Shown here: positions 40,251-52,981 of the stretch, piece by piece | Layout: each line of letters opens with the position of its first letter | How positions within the stretch are numbered: the first letter of the stretch is position 1 | Translations under genes and position numbers: made by a program | NCBI GenBank assembly: GCA_964016885.1 | Contig: OZ024762.1 | Location: 28,086,001 to 28,150,000, forward strand | Source: Eledone cirrhosa | Taxonomy: Eukaryota | Length of the DNA: 64,000 bases | Direction of reading: 5' to 3' | Notes under the pieces: generated by a model | The model's database searches: none | The model's input: only the letters and a program-made list of their open reading frames with translations | Told to the model about the DNA's origin: nothing

Positions 40251-42582
40251 CTAGCAGTTTAGCCCGGCATTGCTCGGGTTTGTTCATTTGCTATAAAAAG
40301 TTACATACAGGTAAACGTAGCTTGAAAGTGCATAAGCTTATCAATTAAGTGCATAAAGCAGTTGAACCGGTTATTAATAGTTACAAACCAATTAGCATTT
40401 TGGACAATCAATGATAGGTTAATAATCTTCCAATAGCGAATTTAGTAGACCAAAGTTGCAAGATGGTGGCCCTGATGCTGCTGGGTGTCAGATCTGTCCG
40501 CTATGGGTGACCCTACCAGTATTCCAGACGGCATAGCTCCAGCACTTGCACCAACATCTATAGCACTTCTTTGTAGACGATATTGCGTGTCATCCCTTGA
40601 GGAGTGTAAGCAAAAAGTCCATTCCTGCTCCCTACGCGGGAACAGGCAACATAAAGTTGACCATGGGAGAAGCATGGCTCCCCCAAATGGATGCCCGCCA
40701 CCGACAATGTTTGCCCTTGTGACTTGTTAATGGACATGATCTCACCTTGGTCTCACCGGGAATTGGGATCACCGGAAATCGAACTGGATATCTGACGCCG
40801 AGGGGAAAAGGTTCATCCTTGGAATGAAAACATTCTCCCCTCTCCCGCACCCCGTTAGAATGGTGGCCTCAATCAAGTGATGCGTCAGTGACTTGACGAC
40901 CATGCGAGTACCGTTGCACTGCTTTGGTGGACGCAAGTTCCTTATTAGCATAATGGGACAGCCAACCCTAAACTTAAGAATGTGAGGTGGGAGCCCTGGG
41001 GGCTCAAGGGAATTTAATAACTCAACCGGATAATTAACGATATCGTCGAGGTCCGACGTCTGGTCGATAGAATGGTATTTTTCGGAGCAAGGATGGCTCT
41101 TTCGCTGAGCCAATTGAGGTTTTTAAAGTTAGATGAGACATTAGGAAAAACTGCTTCCCAAAGGTCAGAAGGGCTGCTCACAATGTTGCACAGGGAGTCG
41201 ATTGCTATGCTGCCCTTGTCATCTGCAGGGACCTTGCCCTCACCAAGTGCTAAAATATTCTGAGCAAATGCTGTAGACATGTTGTCACCATGCAAATGAA
41301 CACGCATATTTGTGCTCAGGTACAAACTCTTCACCTGGAGCCACAACATGGACGACTTAAGACAGGCACGCACTTCATCAGCTCTTGTCCCTTTGGGTAT
41401 GACAGGCAGCGTTTGCCAAAAATCCCCTGATAGCAGAAGGGTTATGCCACCCATAGGAGCCGTAGAATCCCTGTCTTTCAGGGTCCTGCCCAATGCCTCA
41501 AGGGCACTGTTGTGTGCCATTGTGCACTCATCCCAAACAATGAGGCAACATTTTTTGAGAACCAGAGCTTCGTGTGAACTCTTGCTGATATTGCATGTTG
41601 GTGTCTCAGTTTTTACTAAATCCAAGGGGAGTAAAGCAGTTAAATTATAGAGAGGGTGAATATACGGAACGCTCCATTTGATCATATACATTGTTTCTCT
41701 CTCTGCAGTGTTGTCATATAGGGAGTGAAGAGCGACAAAGAGAGTAAAGCAGTTAAATTATAGAGAGGGGGAATGATCATGATCGATTTTTGCCCTTATT
41801 GTTGATTGATTTGAAATTTTTTTGCTTCATGACCTTCTCCTGACATCTGTTGCTTTTGAATATTTGTTATTTGATGTAAAATGTGTGTAAAATGTAACGT
41901 TGAGAGAGCAGTATGTATTTAGTGTTATCGGCTTTTTAAATTTTGATATTTGATGTATGAGTGTCGCTTAGTTATCAAAGTTATTTTCGCGTTCCCGAAC
42001 AAAGGGGGAAGAGCGACGGAGAGAGTGAAGCTAGTGTTAAACCTCGAAGCATGAAGAGAGTAAAGCAGTTAAATTATAGAGAGGGGGAATAATCTATTGT
42101 AGTGAGAAGGAAGAGTGACGGAGAGAGTAAAGCTATGGTTGTTGTATAAATCGATGTGTTGCTTAGGTTTCAAAGTTTGTGTCGCGTTCCTTCAAAAGAA
42201 GTTTTGTCATTGTTCTAAACTGTAGGGTAGTAGACGGAGGCAGTAACCTTTTAAAGAGAGTTTCAGAGGAGATTGAGAGTGGAGTAGAGGAAAGGATGAA
42301 TCTTTTAAAGAGAGTTACAACATGTATGTAGTTTCATATATTTTTGATGGTAGTAGTGAGAGGGATGAATCGTGCAAGAGAGAGGGTTACAGCATGTATT
42401 TAGTTTTATCGATTTTTTTTTTATATAGAAGCAGGAAACTTTTTGCAAAAATAAATGACCTGCCCTGGTAAATTTGGAGCACATTGGGGAAAAAAATCAT
42501 CAAAATCGGTAGAGAAATGTGGAAATGCATAAAAATCATACACACACACAGAAAGCCATCTACCATTTTATATATATAGAGA
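40251..42582 (-). mobile_element. Internally deleted Helitron with both termini and a Pif1 helicase C-terminal half
   Basis: 5' end A|TCTCTATATATA at 42582. 3' hairpin cccgagcaatgccggg followed by CTAG|T at 40251. Helicase motifs [47 protein letters not shown] and [13 protein letters not shown]. Confidence 0.93.
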
Positions 42583-44287
42583 TTACACAATAATCAAAGC
42601 TATATTTAAATCATTTTATTGCTGACAATCGTTTCTTCCAAACTTTCGTTTGGAATCATCTGAGCACTAGCAATGTTTGTACATATAATTAAAAATAAAA
42701 AAATGTATACAATTTGATATTAATTCATACTACACCTCTATTAAATAAGGCATTAATTATGGCTAGGAACAATAGTTACCTTATTAGATCCCAAATTGAT
42801 GTCATCCTTGTGGCCAGAAAAACCATAATTACATTTGAAGATCAATTATGGACCCGCAAGGAGACACATAACAACTTTGACATAACTATGGGATCTAGTG
42901 ACTTCGCGCAGGTCACTGATTTGGTGGGCCTATATCTCTTAAATGAAATTTATAAGAACCTACCCGACCTCGATGATGCACTACTTATTGATTATAAAAA
43001 TAATATAGAAAGAACTAGGAAACAATTACATAACATTTTCAAAAACTTCAACTTAGGTATCACCTTAGATAAAAACACTAAAAACGTTTCCTTGATGCTA
43101 CCCTTTACCTGGACTCTAAAATATATACACCCTTTCATAAACCAAACGAAAAACTACTTTATGTAGATATCAACTCTAAACACCCTAAATCCATATTAAA
43201 CTCAATTACTAAAGGAATATCAAATAGAATCTCTAATCTATCATATAACAAAACCATATTTAACAATAATTCCCAATACTATAATGAGGCCTTAGCTAAA
43301 TCAGGCCATAAAAATGAGATTAAATTTCTACCTATAAAATCACCTAGTTACATTATTTCTCACAATATGGCCATGAGGAAAAATAATAAAAGAACTAGCC
43401 ACTCTAACTCTAATACGAAGGGTAATATCAAACTTAACTCGCACGATCATTACTCTAATGCTATCCCTAACAACCAGGCATCTACACAACATAGTAACCG
43501 GCAAGCAAACAACCAAAATAACTGTAACTGTAGAACAAATAGAACTTGCCCCTTAGGTAAAAATTGCTTAATCAGAGACATCATTTACTCACGCACGGTC
43601 AACACAAACAACTCTTCTAAAGCATATATCAGTTCAACTTCGAACTGCTTCAAGACGAGATATAACTTGCATCTCCACACTTACAAAAATTGCAATCTAG
43701 CCAACTCCACTTCTTTATCTAGCTACATACACTCTCTGAAAACTAGGAATAGGCCATGTACACTTCAATGGGAAGTAATAGATAGGGCCACATTGTATAA
43801 ACCACTGAATAAATTATGTAACCTCTGTCTTCTAGAGACCCGCACTATAATCTATTCTAAACTAGACCTCCTAAATAGAAAATCAGAGATTTTTTCCATG
43901 TGCCAGCACTACCACTGACATTCTTTCCATAGCTTTAAACCTAGCTGCTAGAAAATAACAATGTCAGATCTGAATTCCTCACCACCATTAACACTTCACC
44001 TCTAGATCTTATCAGCATATAATTACCCCCACAGCATCACACTCTATGATCAGCTCATCCCTCTACCTAACTCCTATTTATCTCAAACCTTAAACTCTAC
44101 AATAACTATTAGGAATAAACATAAAGTTAACACCATTTAATATAACCACTATAGCTTGCTTATATTATATTCAGTAATGGATAGATAATAATATGATGAG
44201 ACAATGTGTTACAGGAAAATAAATTATATTTACAATTAAATATATAAATTAATAGCATTATATATAAGGGATTCCCTTATACATAAT

Positions 44288-44721
44288 GCATGGTAGTGAG
44301 ACATGGGGAGCAACTGCAGAGGATATGCGACGGCTGGAGAGAAATGAGGCAAGCATGCTCCGTTGGATGTGCAATGTCAATGTGCGTGAACGACCCAGCA
44401 TAAATGTGTTGAGAGAGAAACTGTGTCTGAGAGGGATAGAATGTAGTGCGCGAGAGAGGAGACTGGGGTGGTATGGACATGTGATGCGCATGGAGGATGA
44501 CCGATGGGTGAAAAAGTGCCAGGAAATTCCAGTTGAAGGAAGACGTGGTAGAGGTAGACCACGAAAAACATAGGCGGAGGTGGTGAGAACAGACCTCAGA
44601 TCACTGAAGCTCATGGTGGAGATGATGAAGGACCGTGACAAGTGGAGAGATGCTGTGCTGAATAAGACCCATCCCACCCTTGCAAGCAGGGAAAAGCGGA
44701 CGTAAAATGATGATGATGATG
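44288..44721 (+). mobile_element. RTE LINE family 3, 3' fragment inserted in the Penelope element
   Basis: Encodes MHGSETWG...RLGWYGHVMRM...GRPRKT, with an (ATG)n tail. Flanked by ~54-bp direct repeats. Confidence 0.92.
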
Positions 44722-45820
44722 AATTAAATATATAAATTAATAGCATTATATATAAGGGATTCACTTATAACATAATATAATGTATATTAATAACAAGAGA
44801 TTTAACTAATTGGACCTGTAAACAACTATACATTTTTCTATAGCTTACTTATACTTTATTCAGTAATGGATAGATAACAATATGAGACCTTTAATGTAGT
44901 ATAGGAAAACAGATTGTATTTAAAATTAAATATAAACAAATAGCATTATATAAAAAGGATTCACTTGTCACACAATATAATGTATATTAGCACAAAGAAT
45001 TTAACTAATTGGAGCTGTAAACAACTATACAGTTTTTCCATTTTTTCTACTTTCTTCTATCATATACAATTTAATCGCCAGTTACCTCCCCTTTCGCATT
45101 AGCTCCCCTTAAAACTCACTTGAGGAAATTAAACCGTTACAAAAATAACTCCATAACAACTTGAACCCTGGATAACAATATAATTGTTTCTACTTTAGGC
45201 ACAAGGCCACCCTGGATAACAATATAATAGGACCAATATACAATCCATAGCTGTAACTAATTAAAAACATTCACTAAAATAAAATATAACCAATGTAATG
45301 GAAAAAATAGTAATAACATTGATATTCTCAACACATACACATTTCAACATTACAGAAACAATCATCACACTACATCCACCATAAACTCATAATTTTAATA
45401 CACAAACATTTTTGCCTGCTTGATATGCTTATAAACCTATGTTATTTTATGTGATACCTTTGCCATGCAGTAATTATATATGCCTAGTACCATTGCTTGT
45501 TTCCTTCCTGTATATGCCTAACGCATTTGCACACTCTATACGCTCTTGCATATGTACTGCTAGTGTCCTCATTTTACGAGTAACTTTCTACCTTAATGCC
45601 TTTTTAATTATTATACTATTCCCTTGTAATCTCTGTCACATGCATTCCACTCTGTGCCTTTTTAATTTTAAATTTTAATTATTGTACAATTCTCTTGTAA
45701 TCTATGTCACATCCATTCCATTCTGTAAATACAAAACTGTTGTTGACAACATTAATATCCATGTATCTATATGATTGTTCAGTTGAGTAGGTGGTTAATT
45801 ATATGTACAAACATTGCTAG

Positions 45821-45867
45821 TGCTCAGATGATTCCAAACGAAAGTTTGGAAGAAACGATTGTCAGCA
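45821..45867 (+). ncRNA. Minimal type I hammerhead motif in the Penelope pLTR (inverted copy at 42620..42666)
   Basis: TGCT-CAGATGA-TTCCAAAC gaaa GTTTGGAA-GAAAC-gatt-GTC^AGCA. All three stems can form; the core has U4A relative to CUGANGA. Confidence 0.7.
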
Positions 45868-46298
45868 ATAAAATGGTTTTAACATAGCTTTGATTATTGT
45901 GTAATTTATATACCTGCTCTGTAAAACATTTGATGTATTTACATTGAGCTATTTTTTTTACTGGTAATAGGGTAGTAATGAATTACTGACCTTTCCTGTT
46001 TATAGTTGTATATAGTGTATACATAACTATAAATATTATTATTATTATATATATACACACACACACACACTATTATATTTTCATGGTAAAGACTTTATCT
46101 CAAACAATATGAAATCTATGAGATTTTGATATTATTTATTTTGAGAACAATAACTTAGCTATGAGGGACCAGTTATGGCCAATTTGAACAGAAAGAAGTG
46201 AGAATTCTGGCCAGATACGACCGGTTTAAATGCTAAAGGATTAAGAAAGACATCATCACATTTCATTAGTAATCAATGACTAGCTTCTCTCTTATTAG

Positions 46299-46352
46299 GT
46301 GTCTGATTACCCAGGAGCAGTGGCTGTGATATACGGAGGCAACAGTCGATTG
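46299..46352 (+). CDS. DNAJC13: DNAJC13 coding exon 6
   Basis: ttattag|VSDYPGAVAVIYGGNSRL|gtaagt, 54 nt. Confidence 0.93.
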
Positions 46353-46560
46353 GTAAGTTACCTTTCCTTCTCTGCCTGTGTGTGTGTGTCTCTCTGTGTA
46401 TTACTGTGTATGTGTTTACACATGTATTTTGTTATGTATTTCATTGTGTGTGTGCGTTTGTTTGCTTGTTTACCAATGTATGTTTGCTGTGCTCTCTCTC
46501 TCTCTATCTCTCTTTCTCTCTCTCTCTCTAAAGTAGGGCTTCCGACGTATTTTTGACTAA

Positions 46561-46731
46561 GTAAATTAGCATATTAGTTGGAGTTATAAAAACCCACAGA
46601 ATGTGCGTATGAATACATATATATTGGGTGATGAGAGCCAAAGATGTGGGTTTGTGTTCCATGTACATCAATGCTCATCCCTTTTTTCCATTCTGTGGGT
46701 TTTTATAACTCCAACTAATAGGCTAATTTAC
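46561..46731. repeat. Inverted repeat with 43-bp arms
   Basis: gtaaattagcatattagttggagttataaaaacccacagaatg (46561-46603) pairs with 46689-46731, one mismatch. Confidence 0.9.
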
Positions 46732-46745
46732 CTATTTTACTAGCT

Positions 46746-48630
46746 ATCATCATCATCATCAACATTTTAACGTTCGCTTTTCCCTGCTTGCAAAGGAGGG
46801 ATGGGTCTTATTCAGCACAGCATCTCTCCACTTGTCACAGTCCTTTGTCCTCTCCACTGTGAGCTTCAGCGATCTGAGGTCTGTTCTCACCACCTCCGCC
46901 CATGTTTTTCGTGGTCTACCTCTACCATGTCTTCCTTCAACTGGAATTTCCTGGCACTTCTTCACCCATCGGTCATCCTCCATGCGCATCATATGTCCAT
47001 TCCACCTCAGTCTCCTCTCTCGCACACTACATTCTATCCCTCTCAGACACAGTTTCTCTCTCAACACATTCATGCTAGGTCGTTCACGCACATTGACATT
47101 GCACATCCAATGGAGCATGCTTCTTTCATTTCTCTCCAGCTATCGCATATCCTCTACAGTTGCTGCCCATATCTCACTACCATGCAGCATCGCGCTCCTA
47201 ACACAGGCATCATATAACCGGCCTTTCGTATGCAGGGAGAAACCCTATTTCGACAGCAGAGGAAGCAGCTCCCTAAACTTCTTCCACCCCGTCCTTATTC
47301 TAGATACTCTGGCTTCGGAACACCCCCCTCCCTCCCATGTTAATCTGATCTCCTAGTTACTGGAAGCTATCCACCACTTCTATAGCACCCGCCTGCATTT
47401 GAAAAATGTGTCTATCAATGCGACTTCTACTATCTAATTTCCCTGTACCACTACTGCATACGTATTTCTCCCTACCTGTTAGTTTGCCTGCTATCATCTC
47501 GTGTACCCAAGATCTGCATTGTGTGCATTTTATAGAATTTATGCCAGTTGCTTTTCTGCATATCGAACATGGCCATTTCCCTGACGGAATCAGAGTTTTG
47601 TCCTCTTTTCTACTCAACACTTTTGTCTTAGCTAGGTTCACTCTCAGTTCTCTTGATTCCAACTGCTGTTTCCATAGCCAGAATTTATTCTCTAGCTCCT
47701 CTACTGATTCTGCTATAAGAACCAGATCGTCAGCATAGAGAAGTTCCCATGGACAGCCAGTCTTAAACACCTCTGTTATGGCTTGGAGGACTATAATGAA
47801 CAAGAGCAGGCTGAGGACCTCACCTTGATGTCTGGAATTCCTCACTAAACTCCATTCCTACCCTTACTTTACTGGCAGCACCTCTGTCCAAAGTTTGCAC
47901 TGTCCTCACAAGCCATTCCTCAACACCTAGGTCCCTGAGGGAACACCAGATGACAGATCGGGGTACCTATCAAAGGCCTTCTCTAGGTTAACAAAGGCTA
48001 AGTATCACTATACTTAGCCTTTGTTGACCTAGAGAAGGCCTTATTCTTCTCTGAGAACCTCTCTTGTAATTGTCTCAAGAAGAAGAGGGCATCTGTTGTA
48101 CTCTTCCCAGGCACAAAACCAAACTGCATCTCATCTAGTTTGACTCTTTCTCTAATTAGTTGTGCTAATATCCTTTCTGCCACTTTCATAATCTGATCCA
48201 TCAGTTTTATACCTCTATAATTGCTCCTCGCCAGAGCATCCCCTTTACCTTTGTAGCAATTTATGAGAATACTGCTGCACCAGTCTTTGGGTATGACACC
48301 ACCATATATAGCCTGATTGATGATGCGTGCAACCAGTTTAGTGCCTACGTCTCCTGATGCCTTCAGCATCTCAGAAACTATCCCCGACAGTTCAGTAGCC
48401 TTACCATTTTACATTTCCTTAATTGCCTCTTGGACGCTATATTCGTCAATCTCAATAGCTGGTCCCTCTGTCAGATCTACTGAGGGTAATTTCTCTCTCT
48501 CCAATTCGTTCTCCACATTCGTTCTCCACATTCATCAGTCTCTCATAATGACATTTCCAGGCCTCCTTTTTCTGATCGTTTGTGACACTAAGTATACTGG
48601 CATCATTCCGGACACACTTATCTCCAACAG
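46746..48630 (-). mobile_element. RTE LINE family 3, 5'-truncated and decayed
   Basis: ORFs 47998..48369, 47357..47845 (LLYADD) and 46759..47118, with an (ATG)n tail. Confidence 0.93.
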
Positions 48631-48636
48631 CTAATT

Positions 48637-48675
<39 letters not shown>

Positions 48676-48929
48676 ATTGTTTCTACTTTAGGCACAAGGC
48701 CAGCAATTACCCAGTGCATTACTGGTACTTTATTTTATATATATATATATATAGTAATAATAATAAATTTGAAGACTAAAATCCAAAGCAGTTTCGATAA
48801 GAATAAATATATATCAAAAATATAAGAACCGAGTTTCAGAAGATCCTGTTAAGGGTGAAAGCACCGATTCTTTGCTTAAACTTTAATCTGTTATTTTAAT
48901 AAATATATATATATATATATATATATACG

Positions 48930-51900
48930 TAAATAGAGTGAACGACAGAATAATTAAAATAAGACTTGTCCTAAATAGAACTACTGTGACAGTAATATCT
49001 GCGTATGCACCTCAAACCGGACTGCCTGGCACTATAAAAGACAGATTCTATGAGACATTGATGCTCACTACCTCTCAAATAACCGACTGACTACGTAATT
49101 ATTGCTGGCGACCTAAATGGTCACGTTGGACAACATTGTGACGGCTATGACGGAATCCATGGAGGCTATGGGTTTGGTACTACAAATGAGGAAGGCTCCA
49201 GAATCCTGGAATTCTGCGACGCAAATAACCTAACTATCTGTAACACTAAAACGAGACAATCACTTGATCACCTATAGATCAGGGGAACACGCCAGTGAGA
49301 TAGATTATATCCTTACCAGAAGACGTGATAGTGTCTGTTGTAAACACTAAATCCCTCCCCCATGAAGAATGCACCTCCCAACATAGACTCATAGTCAGCG
49401 ACCTCATAGTCAGGACAAGACGTACGCGACAACAGAGGAGGACTATCTCCAGGAGAAAAATATGGAAGCTAAAGGGCCCCACAGCCAGTAATAAATTTAA
49501 AAGCATATTACTTGATGCTTTCGACAGTAAGGAAGAGCAATTAGAGTCGTACAATATAGAGGAACAGTGGGAATTCCTGAAAGCTAACCTGCTGAAGGCG
49601 GCAGATGAAGGTTGTGACTGGAGCAGGCCTATAAGCAGGAGGAGAGTAACGTGGTGGTGGAATAGTAAGGTGGAGGAGTCAATTAAGGCCAAAAAGCAGA
49701 TTTGGAAAGTATGGAGGGATGGGGGAAGTAGAGAAGACTATCAAGTGGCCAGGAGGGAAGCTAACAGACAAGTGTACTTCGCAAGAAGGGAAGCAGAGGA
49801 AAGAAAGTTCAAGCATGTTCTACAACGCGAGGACCAAAAACGTGAGGTGTTCAGGATTGCTAGGCAATGTGTCAAGGAAAACCGTGATATTGTCGGGGAG
49901 AAGTGTGTCTTTAATGATGATGGTGTACTTGCCATCACTGACGCTGATAAGAAGGTAGCTTGGAAGTGTCACTACGAAAGGCTACTAAATGAGGAGTATA
50001 AATGGGAGAAAGATAGTCTCCCCCACAACGATCCAATAGAGGGACCAGCAGTGCAAGTTGAAGGTAGTATAATAAGTAAGGCAATCAAAGATATGAAGAC
50101 GGGTAAGGCGGCCGGGCCTTCGGAAATAGTTGCTGAAATGCTGAAAGCATCTGGAACGGTGGGACACACTATGGTCACCCGGATAGTAAACCAAGTCATA
50201 CAGAATGGGGCCGTTCCGAAGGACTGGTGTAGCAGCATCATCATTAACTGCTACAAGGGTAAAGGAGATGCTCTTGATAGGGGTAACTATAGAGGCATTA
50301 AATTAATCGACCAGGTCATGAAGGTCACAGAAAAAGTAATAGCACAACTAATCAGAACGAATTGATCTAGATGAAATGCAGTTCGGGTTTGTGTCAGGTA
50401 AAAGTACCACAGACGCTCTTTCCATTGTACGACAACTACAAGAGAAGTACCTAGCTAAAAGTAAACCCTTATACTTAGCTTTTGTTGACTTGGAGAAAGC
50501 CTTTGACAGAGTCCCCCGCTCCATTATCTGGTGGGCGCTTAGAAAACTAGGTGTTGATGAATGGCTTGTGAGAGCTATACAAGCCATGTATAAAGAAACA
50601 GTCAGCAAGGTTAGAATTAACAACGAATATAGTGAAGAGTTTAGCGTAAAAGTTGGTGATCATCAGGGCTCCGTTCTTAGCCCCCTACTATTTATTTTTG
50701 CCCTTCGGGCTATAACAGGAGTTCAAGACCGGCTGCCCATGGGAACTCCTATATGTAGATGATCTAACGCTCCTAGCTGAATCAATGGCCGAACTAGAGA
50801 AGAAATTCCAAACATGGAAGCATGGCCTAGAATCAAAAGGCCTTAAAGTTAACTTGTCTAAGACTAAAGTTCTAGTTTGTAGGAAGGAAAATAGGGCACC
50901 GGTCCCATCTGGGAAATGGCCATGCTCAGTCTGTAGGAAAGGAGTAGGCAGAAACTCCATTTTATGTCACAAATGCAAAGTATGGGTGCATAAAAGATGT
51001 AGTGGGATCACAGGTAAGCTAACTAAGAATATAGATTTTATATGTGGCTGGTGCTCTGGTGCAATAAGTAGCAGAAAGTGCCCACAGTATACTAGCTCAT
51101 TCCATTGCACAGATGGTACTATCTGGGTGACAAAATCAGCAGTGGGGGAGGGTGCTCTGAAATTACAGTAGCTAGTCAGAACGGGATGGAAAAAGTTCAG
51201 AGTGCTTGTACCACTATTGGCCGCTAAAGGGTTCTCTCTAAAAATGAAAGGCAGGCTGTATGATGCCTGCATACGAACAGCAATGTTACATGGCAGTGAG
51301 ACCTGGGCATTGTGTGCAGAGGATCTGCGCAGACTGGAAAGAAACGAAGCTTGCATGCTCCGCTGGATGTGTAATAGTAATATACGTGAATGCAAAGCAT
51401 AAACGAACTAAGGGAGAAATTAGGAATAAGAGGGATCAGATGTTGTTTACTCGACAGAAGACTACGTTGGTACGGTCACGTGATGCGCATGAAAGACAAC
51501 ACTTACACCTCTCCAAGAGAATGTCACTGGACCGAGATCTTTGGCACTACAGTCATACAGAAGACCCGTCTTGCCTAAGTACAAAGCGAAACCTACAGTC
51601 AGTAGGCACCTCTAACAAAATACACCCCCCCCGTCCCACAACCCCCACCCCATCCACACCACCCCCTTAAATGTGAAGTTATGTTGGTACCACAACATCC
51701 AGTCCGAAACAAATGAGGTCGTGTAGGTGTCTCGACAAAAAAAACACACAGTCCACGCTGTAATGTGGCCGTGTAGGTAACACGGTAAAAACCTCCCAGT
51801 CCACACTGTAAACGTGGTTGGTGTTAGGAAGGGCATTCAGCTGTAGAAAACCCGCCAGACAGTCCTATGCGAGCAAGACAACCACTCTTGCCTCAAGTGG

Positions 51901-51963
51901 GAAAACTCCCATCCAAACCCATGCAAGTGTGGAAGATGGACGTTAAACGATGATGATGATGAT
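48930..51963 (+). mobile_element. RTE LINE family 2, 5'-truncated in the endonuclease
   Basis: EN remnant (SAYAPQ, IAGDLNGHVG), ORFs 49325..50365, 50376..50762 and 50785..51171, then 3' UTR and (ATG)n tail. Confidence 0.95.
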
Positions 51964-52219
51964 ATAACAAAGGAATTGTGGTAAGGAACCAAATGGACCA
52001 TAATGCACCAGAGTCCAGAAATAACCTTCGAAACGGCTTGAGCTCTGCCGCCAGGGTCATACTTTTTGTATATATATATATATAGGAAAAGAGTCAGGAC
52101 CTCGATGGCTGAGCTCCAGCTGTTTCGACAGCTAGATCCAAACTAAACCACCAGTATTAGAATGGTGGGAATCTAGCTGAACTTACCAAGGGGTACAGTC
52201 CATATAAATAATACTAATA

Positions 52220-52580
52220 ATAAGGAAATATTGTGTACAGTGCTCAGGTGCACTACAAATCATCAAAAAGTGTATGTATAGTACATAGGGTAATGTACAA
52301 ACATCAGGAAAATGAACAGTGCATGAGTCATGATATACACATAATAATGAAATTATTGTGTAAAGTGCTCAGGTGCACTACAACTCGTCAAAGGTGTATG
52401 TATAGTACATAGAATAATACACGTGTGTATGTGTTAGCTGTAGTGTTGGCGAATCTCGGGAAGCATGGAGGCCTTAACGGATGCAGTGTCTCGACAGCTA
52501 ACAACTGATGCAGGTAGTTTGTTCCATGCTTCAGCAACTATGAGCATGAAAAAATGTTTCCAAAAGTCATGGGGACTGTA
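52220..52580 (-). mobile_element. CR1/L2-like LINE 3' fragment (terminus also at ~29340-29430)
   Basis: FFMLIVAEAWNKLPASVVSCRDTASVK matches the FF..RV...WN.LP..VV C-terminal CR1 motif. Terminus gtagtgcacctgagcactgtacacaat. Confidence 0.7.
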
Positions 52581-52981
52581 TATGGGCATGCAGTCAAAGC
52601 AAAAAAATCTAAGCAAAAAATCCTAAAAATTTGTTGTTTTTCTTGTCTGTCACGGGGAGTGGTCAGTGATCTGGGATGTTGTTATGGTCCACCTGGGAGT
52701 GGTCAGTGATCTGGGATGTTGTTATGGTCCACCTGTTATATTGCCACACCCTCTTTGTTATATATATATATATAGTAAATTTGACGTTGTTATTATTGTC
52801 CTATATCAGAATCTGTCTGTAGTTGTTGTTATTGTCCTATTTCTGCATCTGTTTGCATAGTTGATGTTATTTGTTGTAATTATTGTCTTATTTCAACATC
52901 TGTTTGTGTAGTTGTTGTTATTGTCCTATCTTAGCATCTGTTTGTGTAGTTGATGTTGATGTCATTATTGACCTATTTCAG

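Larger units (their letters stand above)
42583..46040 (+). mobile_element. Penelope-like element (probably Naiad-type), 5'-truncated with inverted pseudo-LTR
   Basis: RT remnant (FDITMGSSDFAQVTDLVGLYLL, SKHP). GIY-YIG ORF 43367..43918 (CNCRTNRTCPLGKNC = CxCx5Cx5C; IIY..YIS; FKTRY..H; CNLC; LLNRKSEI..CQH). 42583..42692 is the reverse complement of 45795..45904. Confidence 0.85.

Noticed and set aside
43900-43950. TGA at 43916-43918 as selenocysteine (some Naiad elements encode Sec)
   Set aside because: It is not at a conserved Cys position, all motif Cys are TGT/TGC, and I recognised no SECIS. More likely a CGA-to-TGA decay or the true stop.
48823-48872. Hairpin with CAGAAGA...GAAA resembling a hammerhead (similarly 5840-5870)
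   Set aside because: No stem III or NUH cleavage triplet can be formed.
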